From: Lama glama
Taxonomy: Eukaryota
Length of the DNA: 64,000 nt
Assembly: GCA_028534125.1 (NCBI GenBank)
Contig: CM052818.1
Location: forward strand, 49,168,001-49,232,000
Reading direction: 5' to 3'
Under the pieces are notes generated by a model, which did no database searches, was not told the DNA's origin, and saw only the letters and a list, made by a program, of their open reading frames with translations. Both the position numbers and the translations under genes were made by a program. Positions 25,790 through 39,229 of this stretch are shown here, one piece after another (positions within the stretch are counted from its first letter, which is position 1; each line of letters starts with the position of its first letter).

Positions 25790-25965
25790 AAAAGTCAACC
25801 AACTTTTTTCTGCGAATGGCCAGGGGTAAGTATTCTAGGCTTCATGTGTCCGTCACGACCACCTAATTCTGCTGCGAGAGGAGGAAAGCCACACAGACGA
25901 GGCACAATGAAGGAGTGTGGCCGTCGGCTGGCTTTGGCCCGTGGCCCGTACAACTGGGTTGTACA
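25790..25965 (+). mobile_element. MER58A-like hAT-Charlie MITE
   Basis: aacttttttctgcgaatggccag...tattctaggctt...gctttggcccgtggcccgta. Confidence 0.75.
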
Positions 25966-26589
25966 CTGAGTACTATAAGCAATTTTGCCTTGCAACAAAA
26001 TGTGACAGGAATCACTTGTCTAACAGCATACAGACAAATACTAAATAAAACACTAGAACTGGGTGTCGGGAGGCTGGAATGGAGGGGGATAACACGGGGG
26101 AGACACAGCTTCTGTTCCTGGTCCTGAAAAAGAAATCTCGAGTGCACGTGATTAGCTCTGTGACCCTGGCTAGATTATTGGGTCCCGAGATCGTCATTCT
26201 AAACCATCCTTATCAAAGACTAGAGGTCTGCTCCAACTACCTCACTAGAAGCTAAGACCAGTGCTTTGGGTCTCCATCTCTCATGACATCAATCAGGGTC
26301 CCCATGGAAACACGTGACATACATTTGCCAACAAGGAAAGTTTGCTGAAGGTGTCATCTGAAGGGGTACAGTCAGGGTCAGGAAAACCAGCAGAAATAGG
26401 AAGCAGCTCAGAGGCTGAAAGAGCGGGAAGACAGCCCCAGCCCTCTGCTAGAAGGACGCTCTCTTTTTTGAGTGAGTACCATGGAAGCGTTAAGTGAGCA
26501 GTGAGACCTGGAGCTCGGCCGGGAAGTCAGGAGTAAAGACATGAGCATATTGACTGTCTGTGTCGCTCAAGGACAGTAACAGCCCAGCT

Positions 26590-27780
26590 GGGGACAGAGA
26601 GTAGATAAAGGGAAGAGTCAGACAGAGAAAGAGCTCTGGGTATTCTTAGCACCCAGGTCAACCAGAAGCAGAAGAAACAGTGGAGACTGATGAAAAGTGG
26701 CCGGTGATGCAGGGAGGAGACCAGGAGTGTTCAGTACCATCCGTGCCATGAAAGAAAACTATTTCAAGTAGGCGAGGAAGGTCAAATGTGTTGAACAGCC
26801 CTCTCAAGGTCCATTAGGGTGAGGAAGTCGTGCACATCCCATCTAACCTCTCCTGTGCCGTGTGATGGGGATGGAAACCACGTGAAAGATGAGGGGAAGG
26901 TGAAAACTTGGGGAGGGGCATCCAGATGTATCATAGGGCATTTCTTCTGTAGATCAGAAGTAAACTGTAAAGCAGCTCGGGGGAATGTAAGATGCATCTG
27001 AAGCGCAGAATTAATTTTATATTAAGGCGAATATCCTGTGGAAGGAGAGAAGCGGTGAGTGGCAATGAAGTTTCTTCCTAAGAAGGGGACATAAAGGGTA
27101 AAGATGTGTTGGTTTTCAGAAGAGCAGAGATGCATCTCCCTTTGAAATAGCAGAATGATTTGTATTCTTAGAGAAGAATGTAATTGAGAAGGGTGTGGAT
27201 TTTGAGATAGAAATTCATTTCTGACTGCTTCTATTTTCCCCCCAAAAGTGTGAGATGATGTCATCAGCTGAGATGGATTGGAATAAGTTGTGAGGACTTG
27301 AGAATACAGGGGATTTGGCAAAGCTGTGATAGAATCACACAGAAGATTAGGGACGTGAACTCACTAAGGTACGTGAAAGAATTTCCCAGACCTATGGTGG
27401 GCTCATCTCGTGCCGTGCTCGGTGTGGCTGCAGGGGAAGCTTCAGCGGCTTCAGAGCACACTCGAGAGGAGTGGGGGAAGTGGAGATGCCCACAGGGGCA
27501 TGGTTGTGGGTGACCTGGGGAGCAAAGCAAGTCGGAGGTGATTAAAGAGAGGAAAGTGATGGAGAGTGAAACGGTGGAGAATCAAGCGTTGGGAAGCCTG
27601 CGTGAGTGTCAGTTTCAGTGGGAACATGGGGGGACAAGAGCTGGAGGTCAGAGGAAGCAGTACTTGTGATGGGTTTTTGGAGGAGAAGCAGATATTTGTC
27701 ATCAGAAGCTCTGGAGTGTGAGCATGGAAGTGGGGTTGATCATAGCTTGGAGACAATGATGATTGAATAGAGGTGTGGTA
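26590..27780 (-). mobile_element. L2 LINE internal fragment
   Basis: Long purine-rich degenerate stretch with L2 motifs (ggagactga...gaccaggagtgt...tttcaag...gtcaaatg). Confidence 0.6.
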
Positions 27781-28249
27781 GTTTTTTTTATTATTTATTA
27801 TTTATTAATTTATTGAACATTATAATGTGTTAGACATTGTTGGGAAAACATTAAAAAGTCACACTACAGTCCTGTACTCACTTGTGTAGTCGAGATGCAA
27901 GAATTGCATCTAAAAGTACAAACGAGGTCAAATGTTTGACATAAAAGGGAAAATAAAGTGATGGGGAGGGACCTGACACTTTTGAGCTCCTTCCGTATCC
28001 CAGCCATGCTGTGATGTGTGGAATATATTATAATTATTGACTCTTCTCTACATGATGGGAAATGTTAAGTAACGTGCTTGATGTCCTGAAAGTATTAAGA
28101 CAAATAGCCAAAACATATTGTCAGAGCCAGCATTCAATCTGATTAACATTTAAGGAATTTTGAATTTTTCCTTCTTTGCAGCCCCTTCATGGAATCGTAC
28201 TGTGCTGGGGTGGAGTGGGTCTTAGTGCCACATTATCTGTCCCCTCTTC

Positions 28250-28350
28250 CTTGTCCCACATCTAATGATGGAGAAACTGAGGTCTAGAGAAGCCTGAAGT
28301 CTTGCCCAGAGCACTTAGCAGGTGGCGGAGCTGGGACTTCAGCCGTGTGC
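28250..28350 (-). mobile_element. MIR SINE
   Basis: gatggagaaactgaggtctagagaag...cttgcccagagcac...gtggcggagctgggactt. Confidence 0.8.
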
Positions 28351-29191
28351 CCTGTTCAGATGTTGTCGTGGTGGCTACCCGGGAGGCAGGCAACGGTCCC
28401 GACTCCCGGCACCTCTGCCAGTCTGAATGCCCAGGACTTGAACCAGAAAGCTGGGCATGGAAGTGGTTGTCATTTCCATGAAGATATCAAGTGTCATTTG
28501 CAATACTTTGTGTAGGAAAACGAGTTGACAGAGTCTTTTCCAGGTTATGAGCAATAATGTTCATCCTAACTCAGTCTCGTCACCAGTGAGACTTTACAAA
28601 TAAGCACACATTTCTTTCCACAGGCATAATTTTTTTTAAGAAATTCAAGCCCTCCATTGCATAACTGAGTGCAAGACTTTCCAAAAGGATCTCTAAAAGG
28701 GCTTTTTTTTCAGTTTTGAAAAGAATCAATGAACAAAAACTGTGGTTAAGGCAATGCATTTAAACTTACTAAGAGCTGTCAGATTAGAATTATTTTGTTG
28801 AAAAATCTGAAGTATACTATTATAATGGAAAAGCTTAATTACAGAGCAGCCTAGAGTTGCCAATTCCGAAGCTTTAATTTTCTAAGGGCTTAACCGTGTG
28901 CCTAAGTCAGAGCTCAGCTCTGCTGCCTCTAGTTTATTATGTGGTAAGACAGGGATGTGCTGGACAGAAAAGAGCTGAATTTCAATCATTTAATTATGAG
29001 GTCAAATGTTTCCATCTTAGATTCTGAAGAAATGCACTGACTTCATAAGCTTGTTAAATATTTTATATTTTTAATTAAACAAGCAATTTTATCAAGTTAA
29101 TTTATCTCAACGTATGCACTTGCCTGTTCTATGCACTTATTATAATAAATACATCTGGTTGTTCTTATCTAGGTACCTTTTAAAATTAAAA

Positions 29192-29885
29192 GCAGTCATT
29201 ATGGAAAACAGTATGGAGATTCCACAAAAAACTAAAAATGGTCTTACCATATGATCTCGCAAGCCCTCTCCTGGGCACATATCCAGAGGGAAGCTTAATG
29301 CAAAAAGACACATGCAACCCAATGTTCATAGCAGTGCTATATACAATAGTCAAGATGTGGAAGCAACCTAAATGTCTAGATGACTAGATAAAAAAGTTGT
29401 GGTATATTTATACAATGGAATACAACACAGCCGCAAAAAAGTAATAAAATAGTGCCACTTGCAGCAATATGGACAGACCTGGAGATTGTCATTCTAAGTG
29501 AAGTAAGCCAGAAAGAGAAAAAAAATACTATATAATATCACTTATATGTGGAATCTAAAAAAAAAAAAGACAAATTCATTTACAAAACAGAAACAGATTC
29601 ACAGACATAGGAAATAAACTTATAGTTACTTGGGGAGAAGGGAGTGGGAAGAGATAAATTGGGAGTTTGAGATTTGTAGACATTAACTAACAAATATAAA
29701 ATAAATAAGTCTATACTGTAAGCACAGGGAACTCTATTCAGTATCTTGTAGTAACTAATGGTGAAAAAGAATACGAACATGAATACATGTGTGTTCATGT
29801 ATGACCGAAGCATTTGCTCACCAGAACTTGACACAACATTGTAAACTGACTACGCCGCAATAAAAAATAAAAATATACAAAAAAA
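29192..29885 (+). mobile_element. 5'-truncated LINE-1 (ORF2 C-terminus, 3' UTR, A-rich tail)
   Basis: atggaaaacagtatggagattcc...ggaagcaacctaaatgtc...ctaagtgaagtaagccagaaagagaaa...cacaacattgtaaactgacta, followed by aataaa and an A tail. Confidence 0.95.
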
Positions 29886-30339
29886 GCACAAGCTAAAACA
29901 TTTTTCACATGTCCTCGGTTCAGCAGACTCTCTCTGTATGCAAAAGATAACTCCGTAGGAAAGCCTTTCTTTCTTATTGTAGAAACATAGATGTTGAAAA
30001 TAACCAGCGTAGTAAACAGCCGTACAGAAAAGTCCTAGCAATATGCGAGCAGGCACCTCCCAATTCTGGTAAGCCGCTCTTCTTCAGACCAAGGGAGCAG
30101 CTGCTTCTCGGAGAGCTCTAATGTGTCTGGGAGGCCGTGTGCACGTGCTCTTACTCCTCTTAGAAAATTCCCTGTCGGCTCTCTAAGATACCATATAATT
30201 AAAGATCTGAGATATTCATGTACGATGGAAACCCAACTCTGCAGAGCTGGAGGCACTGAGGGGACAGCGTTACAAGACATTCGCAAGATCTTGGGGAGCT
30301 CAGAAAATGGAAAGCAGAGGGAGAAAGGAGGAGTGAACG

Positions 30340-31320
30340 GAGTGTTTAGGGCCGGCTCCTTGGGAAGGAGACGGGCCTCACTTCGGGGGGGAGCGCGCGC
30401 CCTGCGCGGAGCCCGGGGACGTGTACTGCCTGCCACCTGGCTAACGCCCGCCGCAGCGGTGACGTCGGTTGCGCTCCAGCCCCGCAGACGAGGGAGTGAC
30501 GTCCCGGAGCCCCCGCGAAGGCAGCGTGCAGGGAAGGCCCTCCAGGGGCAAGACTGGCACCGCGTTCCCAGAGCCTCAGCCTCTGCTCCGCCCACCACAG
30601 CTCAGTGGAAGTCATATTCTCTTAGTGTCTCCATCAAAATTACGATAATTGCTCAGTAAAAGGTGACGGCTGGACCAAAGGCCCGCGCCAAAACGCACCG
30701 CGCCGCGTGTCCGCACGCTGACCGGCTCAGAGCGCGCAGCACCTCCCCATCGCCCCCCTCATCGTCCACCCATCGCCCCCCCCCCGACGCACACAGCGCA
30801 CAACCGTGAAGCAGGGCAGGGGCCGCGGCAGCAGCGCCCCAGCTCCAATGTGGGAAGCAGGCGACAAGCAGCGGGGACCGGGCCACGGCCACGACGGGCG
30901 GCCTGTCACAGGAGCCCTGCCTGGACGCGGGGAGGCGCTTGACCCCGCGCACATCCTGTTCCCCGAGCAGAATGACCCGGCCGCTTCTCTGCTGCGCCGG
31001 CATCCGCCGCTGGGAAGGCCCGCCCTGCCAGCGTCCGCCGCGGAGCGGTGGCGGCGCGGATCCAGCACACGCTGTCCTCGGAAGGGAGCAGCTGTCGCCG
31101 CCCCGCGCGTGCCGGTGCCCAGACTCTGCGCTGATGCCTCAGCCGTCACGCGCAGGTTCCTGGCTTCCTTAGCAGCACCCGCCAGCCGTCTGCCGCACCC
31201 CCCTCCACTGGTCCCCTGTCGCAGTAAACACACCGCAGCTCTCTGCGCGGCGCGGCCCTCGCGCCTGAGGGACCTCCCTGCTCGCTTGCCTCGGGGCCCT
31301 GTACCTCGAGCCTGAAGTCA
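30340..31320. promoter_or_regulatory. CpG island (about 1 kb), candidate promoter or enhancer
   Basis: Very high GC and CpG density by eye; two TGACGTC CRE-like motifs (30460, 30497); GC boxes; C-run tract at 30745-30785. Confidence 0.75.
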
Positions 31321-31411
31321 CCAGCCTTGACTCGGACAGTCAGGCCCCATGGGGTCTTTCCATGGGGTGGAGTTTTTGTTCTTGTTGTTAATGTCACAGT
31401 CACTTTAAAAA

Positions 31412-31685
31412 ATTTTTTTAGATTCCACATTTAAGTGATATTAAACAGTATTTGTCTTTCTCTGTCTCTTATTTCACTTACCATCATAGCCTCCAAACCC
31501 ATCCATGGTGCTGTACATGGAAAAGCTTCACTTTTTGTGGCTGAGTAGTATTTCACGGTATGTGGACACCATCTCTCCTTTATCCGTTCATCTGCGGATG
31601 GAAATTTAGGTTGCTCCTCTATCTCAGCAATTGTAAATATTACTGTTATGAACATTGGGGTGCATGTGTCTTTGCAAATTAGTGC
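31412..31685 (-). mobile_element. LINE-1 fragment (ORF2 end / 3' UTR)
   Basis: ttagattccacat...gtatttgtctttctctgtc...ggggtgcatgtgtcttt; minus-strand ORF FTIAEIEEQPKFPSADE resembles the ORF2 C-terminus. Confidence 0.9.
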
Positions 31686-32597
31686 TTGGGTTGAGTTTTA
31701 ATGGCCATTCGTGTGTTAGTTTTCTCAACACTTTCTCAGTCATGTTTCTTAATCAGCTCAATTCAGAGGCCCCAGCTGGGAAGGGGGCTCTCTGCCCGCC
31801 TCAACGCACAATTTCTGCATTTGCCTTCAGTACTGACACCCATCCAACCATCCTGGGTGTGAGCGCGAAGGTGAAGGTTACTACGGGCCTGGGTGGAAAT
31901 GGAGAGCATCAATGTTGTCAGTATGCTTTTGTCCAAATGGCTGCATCTCACTGCAAGGGAGGCTGAAAACAGTCTGGTCCTGTGCACAAGATGAACGGGA
32001 AAAATTAACCCAGCGGCTACTCAGACAGCTGGCTCTGCCTGAGATCTAAGTCCTTCCATTTACCATCTAATTCTTCATAAAGCAACAGATACCTGGCATG
32101 GGTATTGGGGTCACATCTTAGTACCTACAGCTCTCTCTTCTTTCTTTAATAGAAGCCCCTCTACACTTGATGTTAGAATTTACATCCTAATGTGAATTTA
32201 TTTTGTCTGCTATTAAAAATTAGTTTTACCAAGTTCAGTTGACAAAAACATTGTGTCTTTTATCATAAATGTTTTATAATAAATATTTTAATCAAAGTAA
32301 TGATCATGGTTAAAAATAAATAGCCTAAAATTTTAGTAACAAATCACCCTCCTCTGCTCTCCAGCCCTCCCCTCCTTTTCCGCTCCCTAATGGTAGCCAG
32401 TTGTAACTCTTTTAGCTCTTTCTTCCAGCGTTTCTGTTACATCTCTAGATAACATTGCTGTCATTAAATTTACCTGGAGACATTATCTCCTCACTTCCTT
32501 CCAGCATGAGGCTCTCCTTGGCTGCTTTTCCTATGCCCTCCTCTGCCATCTGTCCAGTGAAGTTACATTTATTTCTATATGCTGTGTGTCATCACTG

Positions 32598-32935
32598 CTG
32601 AAGGGCTACCCTTCCCTAAGTCCCTGCGTGAGGAGACTTCCTTCCCTCCTCTCGCTCCCGGTGTTTCTGACGACCTTGAAGTTCCTTGGCTCATGGCCAC
32701 CGCCCCCCCAGCCTCCGCCTCGGTCGTCTCACGGCCTCCTTCTCCCTGTGCCTCTGTCCTGTGTCTCTTCTCTTCCGGTGAAGATGCCAGGCAGGCTGGA
32801 TTAGCGCCCACCCTGCTCCGTGCGGCCTCATCTTAACTAATTACACCTTCAACAGCCCGATTTCCAAGTAAGGTCACGTTCCGCGGTTCTGGACTGAGGA
32901 CTTCAACGTGTCTTTCAAGAGGACACAGTCCCCTC
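32598..32935 (-). mobile_element. MLT1B/C-like MaLR LTR
   Basis: gttccttggctcatggcc...ggattagcgcccaccct...cctcatcttaactaattaca...tttccaagtaaggtcacgttc...aggacttcaac. Confidence 0.8.
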
Positions 32936-34772
32936 CAGAAAAAAACGTGGCTGTTCCACCGTTCTCCTCAGAAAAGCAATCCTTTGACACCTTTGAGGCA
33001 AAAAAGAAAAAAAAAAGAGGACTCAATTCAAATCACAATACTCTCTTTCCTTCTATTTTATTTATTCTAACCTTCTGTCTCTTCCTTTTCTCCTTTTACG
33101 TTGTGAGATATTTTTCTTTGCTTTAGTTTCCACAGCCCCAGCCACACTTTCATTCAGGTGATCACATGCTTAACCGGCAACAGCCCTTCCCGATTTCAGA
33201 CTGCTCCTTTCTGTTTCTTTCCTTTCCTGGTTTATTTTTTCTCAAAACTGTCCACATCTGTTTAGAATCATATCCACTTTTGCTTCTGCTTTTTCTAAAT
33301 TATTAGTTTTTCTGTTTGCTATCTTTACCACTTTTTATTTTTATAAGTTTTCCTTAAATCTTGGATGGTCATTAGGTGACCCTCATGGTTAAGTGCGTGT
33401 GGTTTTAAGTGAAAGCGGTTTTGCCAATATCTGCGTGTGGGAGAATCTTGCGACACACATTATATTTCCATGTAGAATGGCATCCACTTCCCTCTGTTTT
33501 CACCCTATGGGTTTAATTTATTTTTTATAATTTTTCTATCATTATAGTGTGATCTCAGAATGGACAAAATATAGCAGGATTACTGATGGACTGGGCGTGT
33601 GGATTCCATCTGCTATATTTGCTATGTATTTTTGAGATTCTGAAACAAATAACACAGAAAGAGACATTCTAGTCCAAGCATAGAATTTAAACTTCACTCT
33701 TCCTTGCTTATTCCAGACAAAAACAGTAAGACCCCACAACCTTGAATCTGTGGACTCTGATAGTTTTGTAAACTTTATCAAGGCATCCATTTTGCCTGCC
33801 TAATTTCCATATATTACCATGTGCTAATCGATTCAGTGTTTGACGCTTAACGAAATGATTTGAGAAACACAGCTACAGAATTATCGTTCTATTCAAAGAG
33901 ATTCTGGTTAGTAAAGTTCACTCATCATACAAGCCAAGTCATTTGTGCCCACCAAGCAAAATGATTGCTTTAATAGAGAGATCCTTTTTGCCCGTTCAGG
34001 GAGAAATGTCACCATGTAAAGGTTGGAGTTAACTACTTTCCACGTTTTTCCTTAGGTTGTGTGGTTACTGGTCCTCATGTGCTGCTCCCGCTGTGGGGAC
34101 AGAGGCAGGGTCAGGTCATCGCACTCCGTCTGTCAGCACGTCTGCAGACCGAGAAGGGGAAGCTCCCTTTGGCCCCTAAGGATGACCCACCACTCGGAGG
34201 GTTAAGTACATTCCGTTTCACGAGTGACTTCCCAAGGCTGCTTTATTAATAACGTTAGCATCACTCACAATTGTTCTTTAAAACCTTCTCTGCTTTTCGC
34301 TTGAAACTAGAAAGAGAAAGAGAGAAACAGCATATCTAAAATGATCAGACCCCAGGCCTTGCCGGGAAAGAAACAGAGTTGAAATAAATGGCTACCCTGT
34401 TAGAGATTAAACAGTATTTATTTACATTTAACCTGCTTCTTTGCAGACGTGGCTTTCTGACTGCTTAGCAGTTTCATAAAGAAATCCAATGTTTCCACTA
34501 AGCGGGGATCAGTGAGATCAACCTGAAAAACAAAATTTGATCATTAGACGATTTACAGGGTGTATCATTTCTACCAGGCAAGTCTGCACAAAGCTCTTAA
34601 AAAGGAGGCTTTGAGCCAGCAGAACCCCAGCTCTCGTAAATCGGGGCCACATAGTGAGGTGTCTAGTGTGTGTGACCCTGAAGCCTAGCCTGGACTTAGG
34701 GAGGAGCTGGACACTCAGGCAGCACCCGGCTCTCACCCTCTCTGGGCTCTCACAGGGAACCCAGAGCCAATA

Positions 34773-35114
34773 CAGTCGTCCTTCCATGTCCCTGGGCTCT
34801 GCACCCATGGATTCAACCAACCTGGGATCATAAATATTCAAAAAAAAATCCGGAAAGTTCCAAAAAGCAAAGTTTGAATTCGCCATGTGTTGGCAACTAT
34901 TCACATAGCATTTACATTGTATTGATCATTGTTTGGGTGGCGTTAACACTTTATTAGGCTTTATAAGTAATCTAGAGAAGGTGGACTATACAAGAGGGTG
35001 CGCCCAGGTTATATGCAAATACTTCACCGTTTTATATAAAGGCCTCGAGCATCTGGATTTTGGTACCCACGGGAGTCCTGGAACCAACGCCCCGAAGATG
35101 CCAAAAGACGACCG
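34773..35114 (-). mobile_element. MER2 (TcMar-Tigger MITE), near full length
   Basis: Terminal inverted repeats cagtcgtc... and ...gacgaccg, flanked by TA on both sides; internal catggattcaaccaac and ggagtcctggaaccaa. Confidence 0.88.
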
Positions 35115-36264
35115 TACAGGCTGAAATAGCTACACTGCTGGTGAGATTCACCCCTTGCCCAATTTTATCGCTCAGGCTTTGTGTCCAAGTCTATCAGACT
35201 CAGAAAGTTCAGTCCCTCCGCAGCACAACGTGCCCGACAAATACGCAAGAGCCTCAGCCCAGACCTTTGCCGCCCGGGGGTGTACACATGAGACGGTGCA
35301 GCTTCCAGACATTCCACGCACACTGGTTGAACAATGAGTGTATTACGTGAGTAATATTTCATGTCTTGATGAGGTCTTTCTGAGGATTGTGCCTGGGCCT
35401 GACGTAGTATCTTGAAGTTTGAAATGTTCAGGTCTTGGTCTATGGGATGGAAGTGACTTAAGGCAGAAGAGACTGTCACGCATACCTTTAAATTTAGAAC
35501 GGTTCCAGGGCAGCCTGCTCTCACAGACAAATAAGCCACACGGGCTCTCACGTCACATTTTGGAGACGGTCCAACAGAATGCGTCCTCAAGTCACACAAA
35601 CACTGAGCATGTAAAATGGCTACTGTTAATTTCAACTGCTGACTAATTACAGAAAAGAACATGAAGAAATAACAAAATAAGTCATTTGTGATTCAAATGG
35701 CAAAGATTACTGAAATAACACTTTCATGTACTGCTGGTAGGAATGTAAGTTACAGCAACTACTGGGGAAATTATAGTCAAAGAGCCCCACGTAAAGGTGT
35801 GGATCTGCACTCCTGACGTGTTAGCAGTAAAGGTTATTGTGTAAACATTAAAACTATATTGACTTAGTGATGTGACTTTTCATATAAATTAAAAGGACAT
35901 TGTAGACGGTGATGTATACTATTTCAATTTGTGTAAAATAATGTTTAGAATAAAGTAGAAAGATATAACTTACCTCTCTGATGATGGGTTATGAGTAATT
36001 TTACGTATTTCTTAGTCTTTCACCGACTTTCATTCATTCTGTGCTGTCAGCAACCTCAGAAAACGTCAGCTGTCACTTCCTGTTAGGCAGTCCGTACCGT
36101 CTTAACTAACGTTGCTTCTGTGTGCAATGCTTTCCTCCTGACCTTTGACCTTTCTGAAATTGTACTTATTCTTCCAAGTACAGCTGAAAAGTAGTCATCT
36201 CAAGATGTGCTTATAACATTTAGAGTGTAAATAAGAAAATTAACATCTCTAAAGTCAATCATTT

Positions 36265-36535
36265 CATTAAGCCTTCCCTGATTCTCTCAGTGCTGGGCAG
36301 ACTTAACAGCCCTTTTATTTCTGTTTTCCAATCACAGTGTGTTTATCCGTTCCCATATTTCTTGCAGCAGCTCAACCACAGGGCAGCTGATGGTGAACGT
36401 ATCTGTCTCCTCCACCAGACTCCAAATCCTCAGGAGAAGGGTTTGTAAAATACTCATTATTCTGTTCTCCGGGTAATCTCTTGCAGTGCCTTACGCAGAT
36501 GGTATATTTCAATAAACTTTTTGTTAAGCTGAAAT
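36265..36535 (+). mobile_element. L2 LINE 3' end
   Basis: aagccttccctga...tctgtctcctccaccagact...gcagtgcctt...caataaactttttgtt. Confidence 0.65.
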
Positions 36536-37398
36536 CTTTTACTTTTTTTAAGAACCAAAATCCTTAGTGTTTGGTCAAGATCAAGTGAAGATAGTGAAGA
36601 AAATTAAAAATTGATTTGGCAAATGGTCTCCTTTTCTTTCAAATGTGATGTTTTTAATTTGTTTTCAAGAAAGCCTAAATTTATTGGATATACTCACTAA
36701 CAAGCATGTTCGATTTCCAGAAATGAGATAAAATAATGTGAATATGTATTTAGTTCTACATAATTTACTTATATATATATATATATATAATATATAAAAT
36801 ATATTTAGTTTTATTTCCCATTTTCCCCATAAAATCTAAACGATATTGAGAAGTTATCCACTGCCCTGCACATCTAATTAAGCATGTAAGGGTCAATGCT
36901 TAATGAACAAAATACCCTCTGTGGCCTTTTATATTTCTTAAAGAAATGCACTGGAGACATAAAGTCCTCAAGGCAATTTTAAGTGAGAAAAAAAGAGATA
37001 TTTCCTCCACAGAGATACATTCAATCTTTAATATTATGTATGTAACTATTTTCACTGTACTTCCATATTGTCCCATTAGAAGCACATGCAAACTTGTAAG
37101 GTAGATAATTTTATTATTAACTATATATTAAAGCAGAGGAAACAGTTGATGGGAAACTATTTAACTAGGAATGTTTTATTTTTGGCAAATGACATTATCC
37201 AGTTGAAATAAGCTGAGCTGAAAAGGGTCTTTATTATAAGGACACAGGAATGGTCCAAAGAAGAACATCTCATTCTTAGTCTCCAGCTCTGCACTCTCCC
37301 TCCATCTCCTGATGGGATCCTGTCTCTCTGCTCTGTGTGGAAAGAGGAGGAAGACGCTGAGACCACAGGCTAACATGCTAGAGGCTCATAAAGAAGAG

Positions 37399-37901
37399 AC
37401 GGATGACTGGATAAAGAAGTTGTGATATATTTATACTGTGGAATACTACTCAGCCATAAAAAGAGTAAAATAATGCCACCTGTAGCAACATGGATGGACC
37501 TGTAGATCGTCATTCTAAGTGAAGTAAGCCAGGAAGAGAAAGAAAAAATACCATATGACGTCACTTATATGTGGAATCTAAAAAAAAAGGCAAGTTAACT
37601 TATTTATAAAACAGAAACAGACTCACAGACACAGAAAACAAACCTATGGTTACTGGAGGGCAGGGGGTGGGGAGGGATACGTTGGGAGTTCGGGATTTGC
37701 AGATACTCACTACTATATATAAAATACATGCACAACAAGGTCCTACTGTACAGCACAGGGAACCATATTTAATAACTTATAATAACCTATAGTGAAAAAT
37801 AATATGAAGAGGAATGTTATATAAGTACAACTGAATCACTGTGCTGTACACCAGAAATCAGCACAACATTGTAAATCAACTATACTTATATTTAAAAAAA
37901 A
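37399..37901 (+). mobile_element. 5'-truncated LINE-1 inserted into an older MLT1-like LTR
   Basis: L1 3' UTR with poly-A; TSD AAAGAAGAG at 37390-37398 and 37902-37910; flanks (about 37270-38030) resemble an old MLT1. Confidence 0.92.
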
Positions 37902-39229
37902 AAAGAAGAGGCAGTCTTATTTCAGTCCAAATTCCAGGCAAGAGGGGCTTCTGACTGGTCCAGCACAGCTCAGGTCCACCTCCCACACTTACTCCCTGTG
38001 GCCATGGAGACAAGCAGCAGGGGCTCTGTCAGCCTCCTGGCTGGAGGATTCTTGCTGAAGAAGAGGAAGAGTTTTGACGTGAATCCAGCTGAGATGTTCA
38101 GGTTGGTGTGTCTGGCCCAGTGTTCAGTCTTCTAAAGTGAGAACGAGTTTGTGATTAAAATGCCTTCGTTCACAGAGTGAATGCAGTGCAAAGAGGTCAG
38201 CCCTTCTCAAGTCCTGACTGAAGGGCTAGTGTTGGAAGGGGAAGATTTTATTCTTGTAAATGTAGAAAAGGCCACAGTAACTTCAACAGAGGCAGCACTC
38301 TGCTTTGCTCTGCATCCTTTGTGCTCTGTGTCACCTTATCATTTACTGAATCCATGATTCTATGCTCTCCATCTTACAGACAAGGAATGTGGGTGCAACG
38401 GTTAAGACTTGTCTCAAAACAAACAGCTAATAAAAGAGAGAGCCAGGGTGCGTCCCCACGAATCTGACGCTTCCCTTCACGAGATCCGGGCAGTCCGTGC
38501 TCATGGCCCATCCCCACCGCCCGTCACTCCCCAGGGACAACGGTGGCTTCTGGCTGAGCATGGAGGACTGACAGCATCAGACACAGTTTGCTGGAGTAGG
38601 AGATGGTGCGATGGGAAGTCCAGAAAAGGTCTCTTTGAGACTGAGAGTCTTACAACAATTGAGCAACTGGGCTGGGCTGATTATTCCCGTATTTTACTTA
38701 TCGGTAAAATATGTTATTTGTCCTTCTAACATCTTGTAATGGCCGGTTTCCCTGTCCCTGACTTGAACCTTGTTTGGAGCCTCCTGGGCTAAGGGCTCTC
38801 ATGTGTACACCTTGCAGACATTCAGACCCTGGCAAGCTAAGGGTTATGAGGGCCAGAAGCTGGCCGACAGGGGAGGACTCATTCTGGGAAGTGAATTGAT
38901 TATGTAGTGGGAGGCACGCAAACTAGATTAGAAGATGTGCAGAAGGAAGGTGAAGAATGAGGATAAAATGGTTATTTTCTCAAAACAAGACGTTTTCCAG
39001 TGGAGAGACCAGGAAGACCAAACCAGCAAGATCTGAGGATCGCTGGGAGACAAGCTGTAGCTTCAGTCCAGAACACAGAGAGCTGCGTGTTAAGTAGTCT
39101 TTGAGAATGGCTGAAAAATACAGTCAGAAGAAACCTATGCAGAGGAGGGAGCTGCAGGTGTGCAGATGTTAACTTAATTACACTGTTTTCAGTATTGCTG
39201 AAAATAGAATCTTGAAGTCACGCTACACA

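Noticed and set aside
30035..31430. Overlapping 90-190 aa ORFs on both strands
   Set aside because: Arg/Ala/Gly/Pro-rich frames are expected from stop-codon depletion in a CpG island
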